A DNA stretch of 63,376 bases, the filler included, from Collodictyon triciliatum (Eukaryota), in the NCBI GenBank assembly GCA_043381765.1. It is 16 parts of 16 records of this genome, joined end to end, with 100 filler letters (N's around TTAATTAATTAA, not from the genome) between each part and the next. Parts side by side here need not be neighbours in the genome. Positions count along the whole stretch, not along the records: positions 12,273 to 16,259 come from JBHJMP010006629.1; positions 16,360 to 20,345 come from JBHJMP010006630.1; positions 20,446 to 24,431 come from JBHJMP010006631.1; positions 24,532 to 28,519 come from JBHJMP010006632.1; 12 more parts are not named here. The stretch is one strand, 5' to 3'. A program made the position numbers and the translations under genes. Shown here one piece after another: positions 12,568 through 24,664 of the stretch. Under the pieces are notes generated by a model that was not told the origin of the DNA, did not search any database, and was given only the letters and a program-made list of their open reading frames with translations. The stretch's first letter is position 1. Each line of letters opens with the position of its first letter.

Positions 12568-15500
12568 CTGGATTTGATTGGTCGGGCGATGTTGCAGATG
12601 CCACAGCAGCTCCACCCGCTGCCGCCGCCAGATTTGTCGCAACGTCTCTGGTCTTTTGAATCTTTTTCAAAGCTCTCAATGCATTCGACCTTTCATCGAC
12701 AGTGATTGGTACGTTGTCGAGCTGCGGAGGCAAAAACAGTTGCGTTAAGTAAGTGTTGTAGCGACGTAGCTATCATGTTTCCAAATGATAACTGATCAGA
12801 AATGCATGTTACAATTTTCAGCGACTTCACGTGGTGGATGACAGCGAAACGGTAGTTAGGAATATTGGCGCAAGGGTTATCTCGCAACTGTATTCATGAG
12901 GTATAATAAGTAGAGGAATCAGATGAAAAAAAGTTTATGCATATGGATGCGACTAATTTTAATGATTAAATTAACAATGTGTTGCCTAAAACATTTATAC
13001 GAGACGAATACATACATCCAAAGAGACGACAGGAAGACGTGCCAAATAGAGCGTATAATTCAAGAAGGTTCGATCGTCAATATTCTAGCGTGCCTTAATT
13101 TAGTCCTACTTTGTTATGCTGTATATGCAACCATATTCAAATATATTCTAAGCGATCAAGTCTTCATATTTTACCATTTTTCTCAAGTTGATCGAGTATA
13201 AGTGATTCGGACTAATTTATTTAAATAGTATTAACAGGTAATATGATATATGGTCATCAATTGGATTATCAAATTATGTAAGATCGGGGACAATGCTACA
13301 ATTTTTGAAGATGAAGAAAATAAAATAAATATACGATGGATCCTACTCTATTATGTGATTGAATATTTTTTTATATTTTTCAGAAAGATTGAAAGTGTGG
13401 ATATACAAACAAACAAACAAACAAACAAACAAACAAACAAACAAACAAACAAACAAACAAACAAACAAACTTGATGTGGTTTGGAAACTGCGCTCGAAGA
13501 GCTTCTACTGCTTTGACTTCCGATGGGTTCAAAGGACATGGATTGGGGACATCATCGATCTTGACAAGGCCTCTCAGTCTTTGGCAGATTTTGCTATCCA
13601 CAGGAGAAGTTATTAGAGCTAAAAAATATCATAACTCTCTGTATCGCCCAAACTCGGCCTTGAAGCCATATAATTACGCTACTATTTCCATAAGTCAATA
13701 GGTAAAGATATACAAATAATATGATTTACAATAAGGGATAAGGGATAAGGGATAAGGGATAAGGGATAAGGAATAAGGGATAAGGGATAAGGGATAAGGG
13801 ATAAGGAATAAGGGATAAGGGATAAGGGATAAGGGATAAGGGATAAGGGATAAGGGATAAGGGATAAGGGATAAGGGATAAGGGATAAGGGATAAGGGAT
13901 AAGGGATAGTCATACTTTGCATAAGTCTGAGGATTTCTTGTATCAATAGCCTGAAAAGTATTTTTCATGTAAAGAATGATTAAGTGCCCGCAATGCTGAA
14001 GTGTATCGTATAAATCATTCTCTGACTCGAGCGGGTTGGAACGAATATCCAAGTATTGTAGTTTAACTAACGATTGTAACCCCTAGCGGTGATGATTCAT
14101 CCAATGCTTAGGTCATTAATTTTTTCTTACTTTAACTAATAAACGTATCAAGTCAGGAGGAAATCATATAATGCACATATACATACATCCAAAGCACGAA
14201 TCTGATTATCAGCTATTTCGAGACGGATAATGCTCAAATAAATCGAAATCGGCTTCAAATCTACAATCTTCTTGCCTATTATTACAAGTTATGATTTTAG
14301 GCCGAGCTTCAAATTATGATAAACGAAATACCATTATCTTATTTTGTCTTGTAGGTATCGGGTGATTTAAACATATTGCTAATCAAATTATTTACAACTA
14401 GAGCTAGACGAACGACAAAATATATAATTGATTTTTACCACTAAGCTTAAGGGCCTGAGATTCTTCATTCGCTTCGAGGAGACGTAGACAAAATTTAGTT
14501 CTGAATATATTCACCTCATCAGTACTCAAATGTCCTCGTAATGCTTCGCACTATGCAAGAGTAAGTTAAAATATCAGTGCGATGAATATAAAGCCTCATA
14601 AATATGAACAGAAATATCTTAAAGTGTGAATCATTATTAACAAATAGAGAAGAAAATAATGAACCCGTTCATCGACAGTAATCTTCTTTTTGTTAACAGA
14701 CTCTAGATTACAAAGCACATTTGACAGGATAGTGAGTTTGCCAAGAAATTTTGATCGATACTCCGAGTTCTCCATGGGATAAAAGTCATTTCCAACAATG
14801 ATCAAGTGCTAGGTTGAGAACCATTTGATAAAGACTGATATTAGTAATACCTCATTTTCTCGAAAAAAACATTCATGCTAATAAGATACGGTATGAATTA
14901 GGCAATTCTTTTTATTTTAGAAAGTTTATTTTTATCAAAAAAAAAAACCTTGAGAGCTGGGAGGTGCAGCATTGACTCTCGTATGCATTTAGAATGTCCA
15001 ATTGAATTCTGGCCCAAATCAAGATATTCAAGAATATGCAAGTGCTCATAACCAGACTCTAAAAAATTTTAGGTTTAATATTACAATTCAAAACAATGGT
15101 ACTCGTCATTCTAATAATGAACGACGTGGTGAAATAAAAAAATAAATCAGTTTATGAGGATTAACGCACCTGTCCAGGCCTCTGCAGTTAAGTCATTGTT
15201 TGCGAGAGATAGTTTCACAAGGTTGGGGAAGGCGGACAACGCTACCAGATTCAGGTGACAGCCGACTAGCTGAAGTTCTCGAATGCCGCTATAGGCAGTT
15301 TGCCCAATCTGGCTCAAAGCAAAATAAAAATTGTTTTCGAGTTATTGTGATATAATTGAACGTGAATATTAGTCCTCAGCAAGGTCATAAAATATTGCCT
15401 TGAATTGGTTTTAAGTTAATAAACAGTTTACTTTAATCCGAACGTTGGCGTAGAAACGGAAATTTCCTAAATCTGTGTCCTTGGCACCAGACAGCTTCCA

Positions 15501-16124
15501 AGCTTTGGCCCAGTCTTCAACAGTGATTTGCGCATCATCAAGAAACTACGCCGATATACCCATTCAATGTATAGGTGTAGTATGACTGGTTTGAAAGCAT
15601 GAATATAGATACGATTTAATGTCTACAAATATTACTTCTCTAGATATAAATATAAATGAATAAGCGGCATGAATAAAATACCTGCAAATGGAAGCAACCG
15701 TCATCTTTGGAGCGAATAAGATCCTTGAGCAACAAACCTCGATATTTCTTCTCTGATGAAAAAGGATTTCCGGACGCTCCAAGGGATTTCAATTTTGGGA
15801 GCTTCCATATCAATTTTTGAACTTCAGAGATACTATCCAGTTTATTGTCTCGTAAATCAAGCATCTATACATAATCATACATGTAAATCAATCAGGGTTG
15901 TAAAATTTAGGTATCATAAATCCGATTCAAGAATGGTAAACACTATGTTATGTTTATTAGACTGAAAAAAAAAAACCTCAAGATTTTTAAGCTCATACAA
16001 CCCTTCAATCTCCAGCATCGATTCAAAATTATTGCCTCTTAGGAGTAGGACTGAAAGGTTTTTCATGGAATCAATCTTTTTGATTTGTTTGAGTCGACAA
16101 AGACTTAAATCAAGCGCAGTTATC
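12568..16124 (-). CDS. Multi-exon LRR protein with repeated LRR plus LRRcap-like modules, partial
   Basis: Exons include LSVLLLRGNNFESM, LDLRDNKLDSISEV...LGASGNPF...FLDDAQITVED, LVKLSLANNDL, LQYLDIRSNPLE and LRDNPCANIPNYRFAVIHHVKSLKI|LDNVPITVDER. Introns are GT-AG. Confidence 0.8.
13732..13907. repeat. (TAAGGGA)n heptamer repeat inside an intron
   Basis: About 25 near-perfect units between LRR exons. Confidence 0.95.
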
Positions 16125-16359
16125 TAGTATTGGTTGTGTACTGGTAAGTTCCATAAACACAAACAAACAAACAAACAAACAAACAAACAAACAAACAAAC
16201 AAACAAACAAACAAACAAACAAACAAACAAACAAACAAACAAACACACACACACACACANNNNNNNNNNNNNNNNNNNNNNNNNNNNNNNNNNNNNNNNN
16301 NNNTTAATTAATTAANNNNNNNNNNNNNNNNNNNNNNNNNNNNNNNNNNNNNNNNNNNN

Positions 16360-16668
16360 CGCAGCAACTTCGCCCGCCGGTCTTTGCAGAAACAAAGAAA
16401 AATAAAGAAAAAAGAAAAAAGAAAAAAGAAAAAAGAAAAAAGAAAAAGAAAAAAGAAAAAAGAAAAAAGAAAAAAGAAAAAAGGAAAAAGAAAAAAGAAA
16501 AAAGAAAAAGAAAAAAGGAAAAGAAAAAAGAAAAAGAAAAAAGGAAAAAGAAAAAAGAAAAAAGAAAAAAGAAAAAAGAAAAAAGAAAAAAGAAAAAAAC
16601 ACAACCTCATAAGGAGACAGACAACGCTCGATAGTCTCTCGGTCTGAAGGCTGCAAAACGGACGCCAT
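16360..16668 (-). CDS. 5' exons of a gene (MASVLQPSDRETIERCLSPYE...), weakly like WASP/Las17 N-termini
   Basis: ATG 16668, donor GAG|gttgtg, pyrimidine-rich intron, then a second exon cut by the contig end. The family resemblance is from memory only. Confidence 0.35.
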
Positions 16669-16962
16669 TGTGATACCCTTCGAGATGATTCGCGTTGGGC
16701 GAAGAAAAAAACAGTTTTACTTGAGAATCATATCTCTTCTTCATTTTGGGGGTACGCGTTCGCTAGTGATTTCTTATCTGCGACTTGCACGATCTAACCA
16801 GAAGGATCAGAACAGTTTGACAGATGAATCAGGTTTGGCCAGAAAGGTTTATGAATGAAGAGGAAAAAAAGGTCGGACCAGAAAAGGAGAAGACCTAATG
16901 TGCGGTGCAGAAATTCAATGAATATATCCTAATGTGGATAAGGGAAGGAAGGCCATCGAGAT

Positions 16963-17877
16963 TCAGGCCGAGGATTCGTCCGGAAAACGACGCGCCGCAG
17001 GGTCAGCCCGAAGGCCGGTGAGGTATAACGAATCTTCCATTCCATCATGGACATCAGGGCGATATTCGAGGGCCCCTGGCCAAAAGCGAGTGCGGAAGAT
17101 TGTAGAGGACGAGCGGACATACTGCAGATAATCGGGGGTTCCTGGGAAGATGACATTGTCCGCGAGAATCCGAGCGCCTGGACAAAGCACGCCGAGACGA
17201 ACAGCAAGTTGGGCATCAGGAAGATAGCGGTCCTTCCAATGATCCAAGAACAGCATGTCGATGGACTCCGCGGCAAAGGACGGAAGGAGCGACTCGGCTG
17301 TCCCAACGCGGATTGTGACGTATGGCGAAAGACCAGCGTGGTCAACAATGCGCGCGGCAATCGCAGCAAAGAAGGGATCCATCTCCAGGGAGACCAGACG
17401 CGCTTGGCCTGCGGCTCCGCTCCGAGATATCCACCGGGCAATGCGCACAGCCGAGTATCCAACATAGCCTCCACATTCCACAATGTTTGTTGTTTGGTTT
17501 GCTTGCTTGGCTGGCCTGTTCAGAACCTGCTGAACAACCATGTCTAGAACACGTCCCTTCACGTCCCCGACGTTCATCAGAAAGCGCTCTGTCCAGCCTA
17601 TCCGGTCAATCAGGGCAAGAACCGCGTCGGGATCGTTTGGAGGACACTCGGCAAATACGCGGCGGAGTACATACTCTTCTTTGCTGCTGCTTCCTCCGGC
17701 ACGGAACAGTCTGCCCAGTGGCTCTCGCACAAACTCATCGTAGCCGATAGTCACGAGGCCCCAGACGGAGTTGCTGCCTCGAATCGCACCGGAGTTTGTC
17801 GTGTCGGAGCCGTCTGCTTTCCCGGTTGTCTCCACAGCAGCTGGGAGTTTGTCGCTTTCGGGCGTGCTTGTCGACAT
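16963..17877 (-). CDS. COMT: Catechol O-methyltransferase-like protein, intronless
   Basis: 304-aa ORF with MNVGDVKG, VECGGYVGYSAV, DMLFLDHWKDRYLPD, LADNVIFPGTPDYL and LEY...DGME motifs. Confidence 0.88.
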   Translation of the reverse strand: MSTSTPESDKLPAAVETTGKADGSDTTNSGAIRGSNSVWGLVTIGYDEFVREPLGRLFRAGGSSSKEEYVLRRVFAECPPNDPDAVLALIDRIGWTERFLMNVGDVKGRVLDMVVQQVLNRPAKQANQTTNIVECGGYVGYSAVRIARWISRSGAAGQARLVSLEMDPFFAAIAARIVDHAGLSPYVTIRVGTAESLLPSFAAESIDMLFLDHWKDRYLPDAQLAVRLGVLCPGARILADNVIFPGTPDYLQYVRSSSTIFRTRFWPGALEYRPDVHDGMEDSLYLTGLRADPAARRFPDESSA

Positions 17878-18250
17878 GGTTCGTGGATTCGGGGTCTTTG
17901 TTGTTGGTTGGGGCTATGTGGTGGGTTGATCTTTTGTAAGTCAATTGTCAGTTCTGCTTAATGTTCCCGGTGTATTTTGTGCAGTCAGCTGAGTATGGTT
18001 TGATTCTGCAGGTTAATTGGGCGGCAAAGTCGCTTTATGTAGTCATAAATATTTCAAATAAAGCGTGTGCCGGAGCGTGCTGAGACCACAGCTTCTTTTT
18101 CCTTTTTTTTTTTTTTGAAACCCAAATCAAACTGCCAGGGTCATGGGGTAGTAGCAGAGACTGACGGGTGTCGGGTTCACAAGGGTTCGTTCTGGCCCTA
18201 CAAAAGACGACCGCGCTCACCGCCCGGCTGGACAGAAAGGAATCGACCAT

Positions 18251-19290
18251 TCTTTTCTTTTATTCGATTCAAGGTGCAGTGAGGTTATGCCACACAAAGG
18301 GGTGATATAGGTGCGCATGGTAGAGAGGAGATGCAAGTAAGAGAAGACACTACTGTGGAAAGGGCTAGCACTGGAAAGAAATCAGTGATAGCGAGTTGGT
18401 CGGGTGGGCGACCCAACTGGTTGATTGGCTGCTTTGGGTAACAGGAGTTGGATATGCTGTGGGAGATATCGCACGACACATTCCCACATCTCTCTTCGCT
18501 TGCGGTCAGAGTAGCAAAGAATGCGGCGTGTTTCAGCAGGCTGTTCAGGAAGCTGTATTGCACGAGGCTCTCAAGCCTGGCTACATTGATTTCTCGTTCG
18601 GGTGAATAATTGGAGCAAGAGAATGCACGCACGCTCCATAAGGACCACAGCATATGTCCCCTTGTGACTGTCCAGAGTATTCTAGAGTCGTGGGTCATTT
18701 GGTATTGTGGGCCAAACAGAATGTCAGACGCGCTGAGTCGGTTGGGAGCATAATCAAGCTCAGAGAGCATCTTGTGGGTAGACTCTGTCACTCTTTGAGC
18801 AAGAGAGCACTTCAAAAATGTGTCTTAAATATGATATCTCCACTATGACACATGGTGCATTCTGGGGAGGTCGTTGCTGCATGGACTACGCGCGCACCTA
18901 TCCACAGCTCTCTGTTGGAGATATTGAGCAGTAGGGCGCAGTGTTTCGGGGGTAACTGAGGTATACGGGCTTGCTTCCAGATTTTATATTTTTGGGTTTT
19001 CGTAGTGATGAAGTTGCGGCAGATATCTTCCAGCTCCTTCAGCCTTTGGGGATTCAGCAAAGTGCCTATCATGTTGTAGATAAGGGTCGACAACATCACT
19101 TGGTTCCGCAACCTTACTTTCTCACGTCCGAGAGATGAAAGTTGCTCCACACTGATATTTTCGACTTGATGTCCTCAACAAGGCTTGTCCATTTGTTTAT
19201 GATTGTGGACCGAAGATGATACCAAGATACTTGAGTGGACATAGAAGCTACACAGTATGTACAAGAACCAAAAATTCCCACGCTGCTATA
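18251..19290 (-). mobile_element. Degenerate 5'-truncated non-LTR retrotransposon (L1/Tx1-like ORF2 C-terminus, 3'UTR, A-rich tail)
   Basis: Broken frames give post-RT WTSLVEDIKSKISVWSNFHLS...LSTLIYNM and zf-RVT-like IWKQARIPQLPPKH...CTMC...HF..C. The 3' end reads CCTTGAATCGAATAAAAGAAAAGA and is homologous to 57184-57293. The 5' boundary is approximate. Confidence 0.75.
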
Positions 19291-19858
19291 CCTTGCATAC
19301 TTTTTGCATATACTTGTGACAGCTTGCACGCAGCTCTTTAACTTTTACAATCCCTTCATTATCACAACTCTTATATTTTTGGCATTCATATGGAAGCAGG
19401 AAAGATAGAAAATGATTCCATCCTTAAAAGTCTTTAGCAACGCCCGGTGGCGTATGCAGACAAGCATCTTGACTTTGAAGAGGGTTCTTGATGCAAGAGG
19501 GCAATTTTGTCTGTGGCTAACCACGAACTGGTGAATTTCCCAGCAAGCAAAGGTATTAATTATAAATTCCACATGAGATCATATTATCGGAAATATTCGC
19601 CGGCCTTTGTGGGATATTTAATCTTCCTCCTGTCAAAATCACTGCCGCCTCGGGCTCTTTCTTTATCGCCACCCTATCGCGTCACTCGTTCTCGATGCGC
19701 GTTCTGTTCTCTGTTTGCACATTCACACCACCCTCACCCGACTAAGGCTGTACCTATGTGTTTGTCAAGTGCAATCAAAAAAACAAACAACCCAGTTCAC
19801 TCGCTCACACAGTCCCCAGTGCCCGTTTAAACCACTCCCGCGCTACACTTCTGTCACA

Positions 19859-20239
19859 ATGGCTGACGAGGCTGCGCTTTTAGAAGAGCTCCGGAAAATC
19901 ACTGAGCATCCTGACATCGCCTCTCTAAAAAGATCCAAGAGTCTGCAATTATATTATAAGGATCTGACTTCAATTCCCCTCGGAGTATTTTTGGTGGAAG
20001 ACCTCGAAGAGTTGTACCTTCATCACAATCAACTGTCGTCTCTCCCACCAGAAATATCATGCTTGACTGGCCTTATTGTTTTTGGTCTTGGTGGCAATCA
20101 ACTGTCGTCTCTTCCCCCAGAAATATCGTTTTTGACTGGTATCACAGGGCTAAGTGTTGGTGACAATCGGTTGTCTTTCCTTCCGCATGAAATTTCGTGT
20201 TTAACTGGTCTAGTAGAGCTATATGTATTCAATAACCCG
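19859..20239 (+). CDS. First exon of an LRR protein with 23-aa repeats
   Basis: MADEAALLEEL...LEELYLHHNQLSSLPPEISCLTGL with 69-bp tandem units; donor CCG|gtctgt precedes a (CTTC)n tract. Confidence 0.85.
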
Positions 20240-21639
20240 GTCTGTTTTTTCCTTCCTTCCTTCCTTCCTTCCTTCCTTCCTTCCTTCCTTCCTTCCTTCC
20301 TTCCTTCCTTCCTTCCTTCCTTCCTTCCTTCCTTCCTTCCTTCCTNNNNNNNNNNNNNNNNNNNNNNNNNNNNNNNNNNNNNNNNNNNNTTAATTAATTA
20401 ANNNNNNNNNNNNNNNNNNNNNNNNNNNNNNNNNNNNNNNNNNNNCATCTGCAGCACATTTTCCGTCTTCCAGCCGAATGAAAGGGACACCATCGAATGC
20501 CTTTGTATATAATTGCACTCTTTTGATTATTCCTTCATCTACGAACACTATATACATCCTACCTTTAAATAAAGCGCATGAAGAGATATAGATATTCTTT
20601 TTTTTGGACCAGAAAAACAGAACTTCGAAGCCATTATTTGGGTACTTTGTGTGTAAATGACTTGAAAAACGACTAGGAAAAGAATAAAACCATCTTTCTT
20701 GTTCAAATAATGGTGACATACACGCCGAGTGTGGATACATGCCCGACCCACACAACGCCATCGCTGTCAGAGCTCTCTAAAAATCAAAGTAAGTCTGCAG
20801 TTGTTACCAATATATATGTTACAATCAGAACCGGAAGCTTAATTGAACTGTCGAGATTTATTCATCTCCAAGTGCCCAACTGTTTTGTCATATGCTCCGC
20901 AACTATATCTATCCAAGACATCTCTTTGATTCCATCGCGGTAATTCGATTTTTTCCAAGCACTGGATTAGATGATATTTCGCAGCCTCATCCGCATGTTG
21001 TTTGCATGGCCATGGTGCATCTTGCAAAGTTCCTCTCTGCCATGAAAGTGAGAAAAGTACATCATCCAAAATCCAATCTGCCGCACGTCATTCATCGTCG
21101 ATGTGCAAGAGAATACAATTTTTCTGTTTTCTTATACCTTTCATGCAAGATAAATATTTTATTTTTCTCATTCTTCTTGTCTCGGAGCGCAATCCCCGAT
21201 GCACAAGTGCCTATTTCTCGCCACCTTTCGCAGCTTATGACGTCGACTGAATGCGGATATGTGATGCATGTTTCCAGTTGCTAGGATTATGTTGTGCTTC
21301 TTTGTGAAACGGTTGCTCATCGCTGCGGCCGAATATTGCAGCGTCTATCAATCGGCCAATGAACTCAAAGCATCACTAATGGATTAGCCAAGCATTTTAA
21401 AAAAAAGTAATCATATCCTCTTGTGAGTAAATATCGAAGTTCAAGGATAATGGAATCAAAATTATTCGAAAAAGTATTTATTCGTTTGATATCGGGGGTT
21501 TTAAAGTTCCAGTTTACATTCTAAAAACTTGATGTTTAATTTGTGTTTGGCATCGAGCCTCTTCATTGATGACTCTGCACTGTACTCGGTAAATGACTGT
21601 TACAGATGTAATAAATAAAACGACAGATGCGTCAATCAT

Positions 21640-24431
21640 TGCAACTCGGACGAAGGAGAAATATATTGCTCAGAAGACTGCTGATAGTATTTGGTGTCGA
21701 ATAAGTTTTGATTGGAAAAAAATGACAGTAATAGCCAAGAGATGAAAGTGCCACTTATTTGCAACAAAAGCAAAAAGGAAAGGCAAACCTTTTCTTTGTC
21801 TTTACAACGGCAAGTTTTGGAAGCACGCGATAAGGATATCGAGCGGAAAACACGCTTTGCAGACTTTTTTTGGCTGCTGATGTATCCGCATCGTAAACAC
21901 ACACTTTGCATAGGAGTTCGCCCTGATTATCAAAAGTCATCGCTTCGGCCGATTGGATGATATCTATTGAGAAGGTCTAGATACATGCGCAGCGCATCCG
22001 CATGAACTAAATCAAGAGTACAAATTTAACATTATATTGGTTTTTGATAAAAAAAAAAAAAAAAAAAAAGGCCATTGATTTTTATGCAAGTAAACAGAAT
22101 ACACTAAATATCTACGTTTCATGTTGATTTTTAATGCTATTAGTTCAGCAAACACATTTAGATGAAAAAACCTACAATTTCACTCGGCCAAATACACTGC
22201 AAATCTCTGAGATAATCCCAACCAAACCTGTCATGGGTATTCGGTGCATACCTAAAAGGAAAGATGTTACGGTTTGAGTCTTTACTATTTATGATTATCG
22301 AGGATTTACAAAGGGAGGAAAGTTCACATCCCAATCTCTTTCTCGTAGCAAAGCTTGAGAGGTTTGTGTCATGGGTGTGATGCTGAAGTAATCAAAAAAT
22401 TGGATTGGATTTGTAATAAATTGTACAGATTAATATAAATGTGAGTTTTTTTTGTGATTGTCTGTGTGAAATATAGGCAGGTTTACCTATTGTTATGTAA
22501 TAGTACTATATCGTACCAAACTGAAAACTTGGCTTCCTGAGGTAATACTTGAGCAGCGTTAAATTCGAGCAACATCTCCACTAAAAACCAATGAGCAGAG
22601 AAATACGAAAACAGATGAAATCCTCTACAACAAACTCAAATAGCGTGATTGCTGAATTGAATATATGAATATTGTATTTCATACTTTTTGGTAGAATGTT
22701 TGAATAAAACGACGGACATAACATTCATCACACCAGTCTGCCATTTTGTCTGCACGGCATCCGGTAATGATTTTGTCAGCGCGTAGAAGTCCTGCACCAC
22801 GGTCAAGTGCCCGTCTGCAAAAGTCTCCGCAAATAAAAACCTATAATTTGAAATGAGAGGGTGAGATATTATGGAGGATTGGTTGTCTGAATTTTTTTTT
22901 TACTAGAAGATAAAAGGGACTATGCGTGAGCTGGATGAGAGGAGAATAAATTTTTTTAATGGATTAGTAAATGAATTATAATTATTCATTTGTCTGATTG
23001 TCTTCCGATTCGGTTCATCGTCCATCCATAAAGCTCATTCTATGAGACGCTTCTTAAGGGGAATTCATATTGTTGCTCTTTGTGTTTCACAGTCTGCGTT
23101 ATAATTCTAAAAAATAAAAATAAAAAAATCATAGTCAAAGGCATCCGATGCAAACATCTGTAGCATTTTTGTCAGAAATGTTATATAGGTTGAGTACACA
23201 AAGGTGTTTGGGTGTTTTAACAAGAAAAAATGGGAAAACGTCCGGGTAATCATCACGGTATATACTCAACTATTGAAAGATTTAGATAATGACTGTTGTT
23301 TAAAAGAAAATATACAAGCTTTATCAAAATAGAAAACAAAAAATTAAATAAAATATAATTACTGCAATTCATCCGTCAACATACAGAATAACAAAGTCAA
23401 GCTCTAGTCTTGTGTTTTATCCAGTGGAGTCATTACATGAATCAACACATTGGAGTCTGCAAGTGGATAATGCAAGAATGGTTAGCAAAACAGTTATCAA
23501 TATAATTCAGAATTAAATATATATATATGAAAAATATAATAATGATTAAGAAAATTGGGTTGCAATATCACATGATTCCAACGATTCCATTTAATCTGAT
23601 TTAATGATACCACAGAGAGAACAAATCGATTAAATAAATGTGCTACAAGAGAGCCAGATATGATAATTTGCGTGATTCTACTACCATTCCCACTCGACGC
23701 TGCAATCGCTGCTTTGTCGCCTCTGTCGAATCAGCAACATTTGAAAAGTTCGATGAGACTTGGTGACTTATATTGTATCGTATAATGTAGGAATGAGGCA
23801 AAAAACAATAAACTGGACAAGATCAGTCGCGCTTTTCTCAATTTCAAGACCTGTTGGTGACAGTCGTTTGGTGTATCTGTCTCAACCAAATGGAAGAAGC
23901 GTTCTCTGCAGACACCCTGATTGTTTTTGGTCTCTTGATGGCCACTTTTTCCAGGAATCGACGTGTTAGCAAGATATTGGAATGAAGAAAAAAAAGATAG
24001 AGAAATAAAAGAAGAGAAAAAGTGAAGATATAGATGAAGAGTCACGAAGATATTTTCACTTACAGCAATAGCCTGCGGACATAACTATTGTTTTCTATTC
24101 TGAGCTTGGGAAGAGTTTATACCTTTTTATCGCACGCAAATCAAGGATGGCGCTGCAAGCATAATCCCTTTTGCTTTCAGCTCAACTATCGTTTTTTTAA
24201 GAAAAGAAATTCTATTGAGCATTTACCTTTTGTTTTCCTTTTCCAATAGTTTTTTGGTTATTATTTTGTTGTATTTTTTGGAATTGTTTTGGCGTGAGTA
24301 TAGACCACCGCACAATAGGACTCCTTCTTGATTTTAAAGATTTGCTTTTTGTTGGGTGAGCAGACTTTTCACAAAATAAAAAACCCGTCTCAGCCAAAGT
24401 AATGGTTGACTCCCAAAAGAGACGCTCTACG
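21640..24431 (-). pseudogene. Multi-exon gene fragment with apparent stops and frameshifts, possibly a helical region of a STAND/ADCY10-like gene
   Basis: AG/GT-bounded segments (FLFAETFADGHLTVVQDF..., HADALRMYLDLLNRYHPIGR) that I could not join without stops or frameshifts (e.g. LALL*HIY). Identity is uncertain. Confidence 0.3.
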
Positions 24432-24531
24432 NNNNNNNNNNNNNNNNNNNNNNNNNNNNNNNNNNNNNNNNNNNNTTAATTAATTAANNNNNNNNNNNNN
24501 NNNNNNNNNNNNNNNNNNNNNNNNNNNNNNN

Positions 24532-24591
24532 AAGGGCTCTGTTTTTGCCTTGGCTGCTGTCTGAAGATTTCAATCTCTGCAATAATTTCTA

Positions 24592-24664
<73 letters not shown>

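Noticed and set aside
13732-13907. Telomere-like (TAAGGGA)n array
   Set aside because: It is intronic and internal, and is one of many unrelated simple repeats here; nothing indicates a chromosome end.
16963-17877. Horizontal transfer of the intronless GC-rich COMT gene
   Set aside because: Motifs are of the ordinary eukaryotic type and high GC is shared by other 5' exons in the window.
20446-21340. Possible viral-type F-box/ankyrin gene remnant (ISCERWREIG; APW...AAKYHLIQCLEK)
   Set aside because: The resemblance is too short and frames cannot be joined reliably.
21831-21839. Perfect U12 donor ATATCCTT on the minus strand
   Set aside because: No matching branch site or AC acceptor could be found and it sits in an apparent exon; other RTATCCT matches (4322, 33408, 39488, 47613) are also within coding exons.
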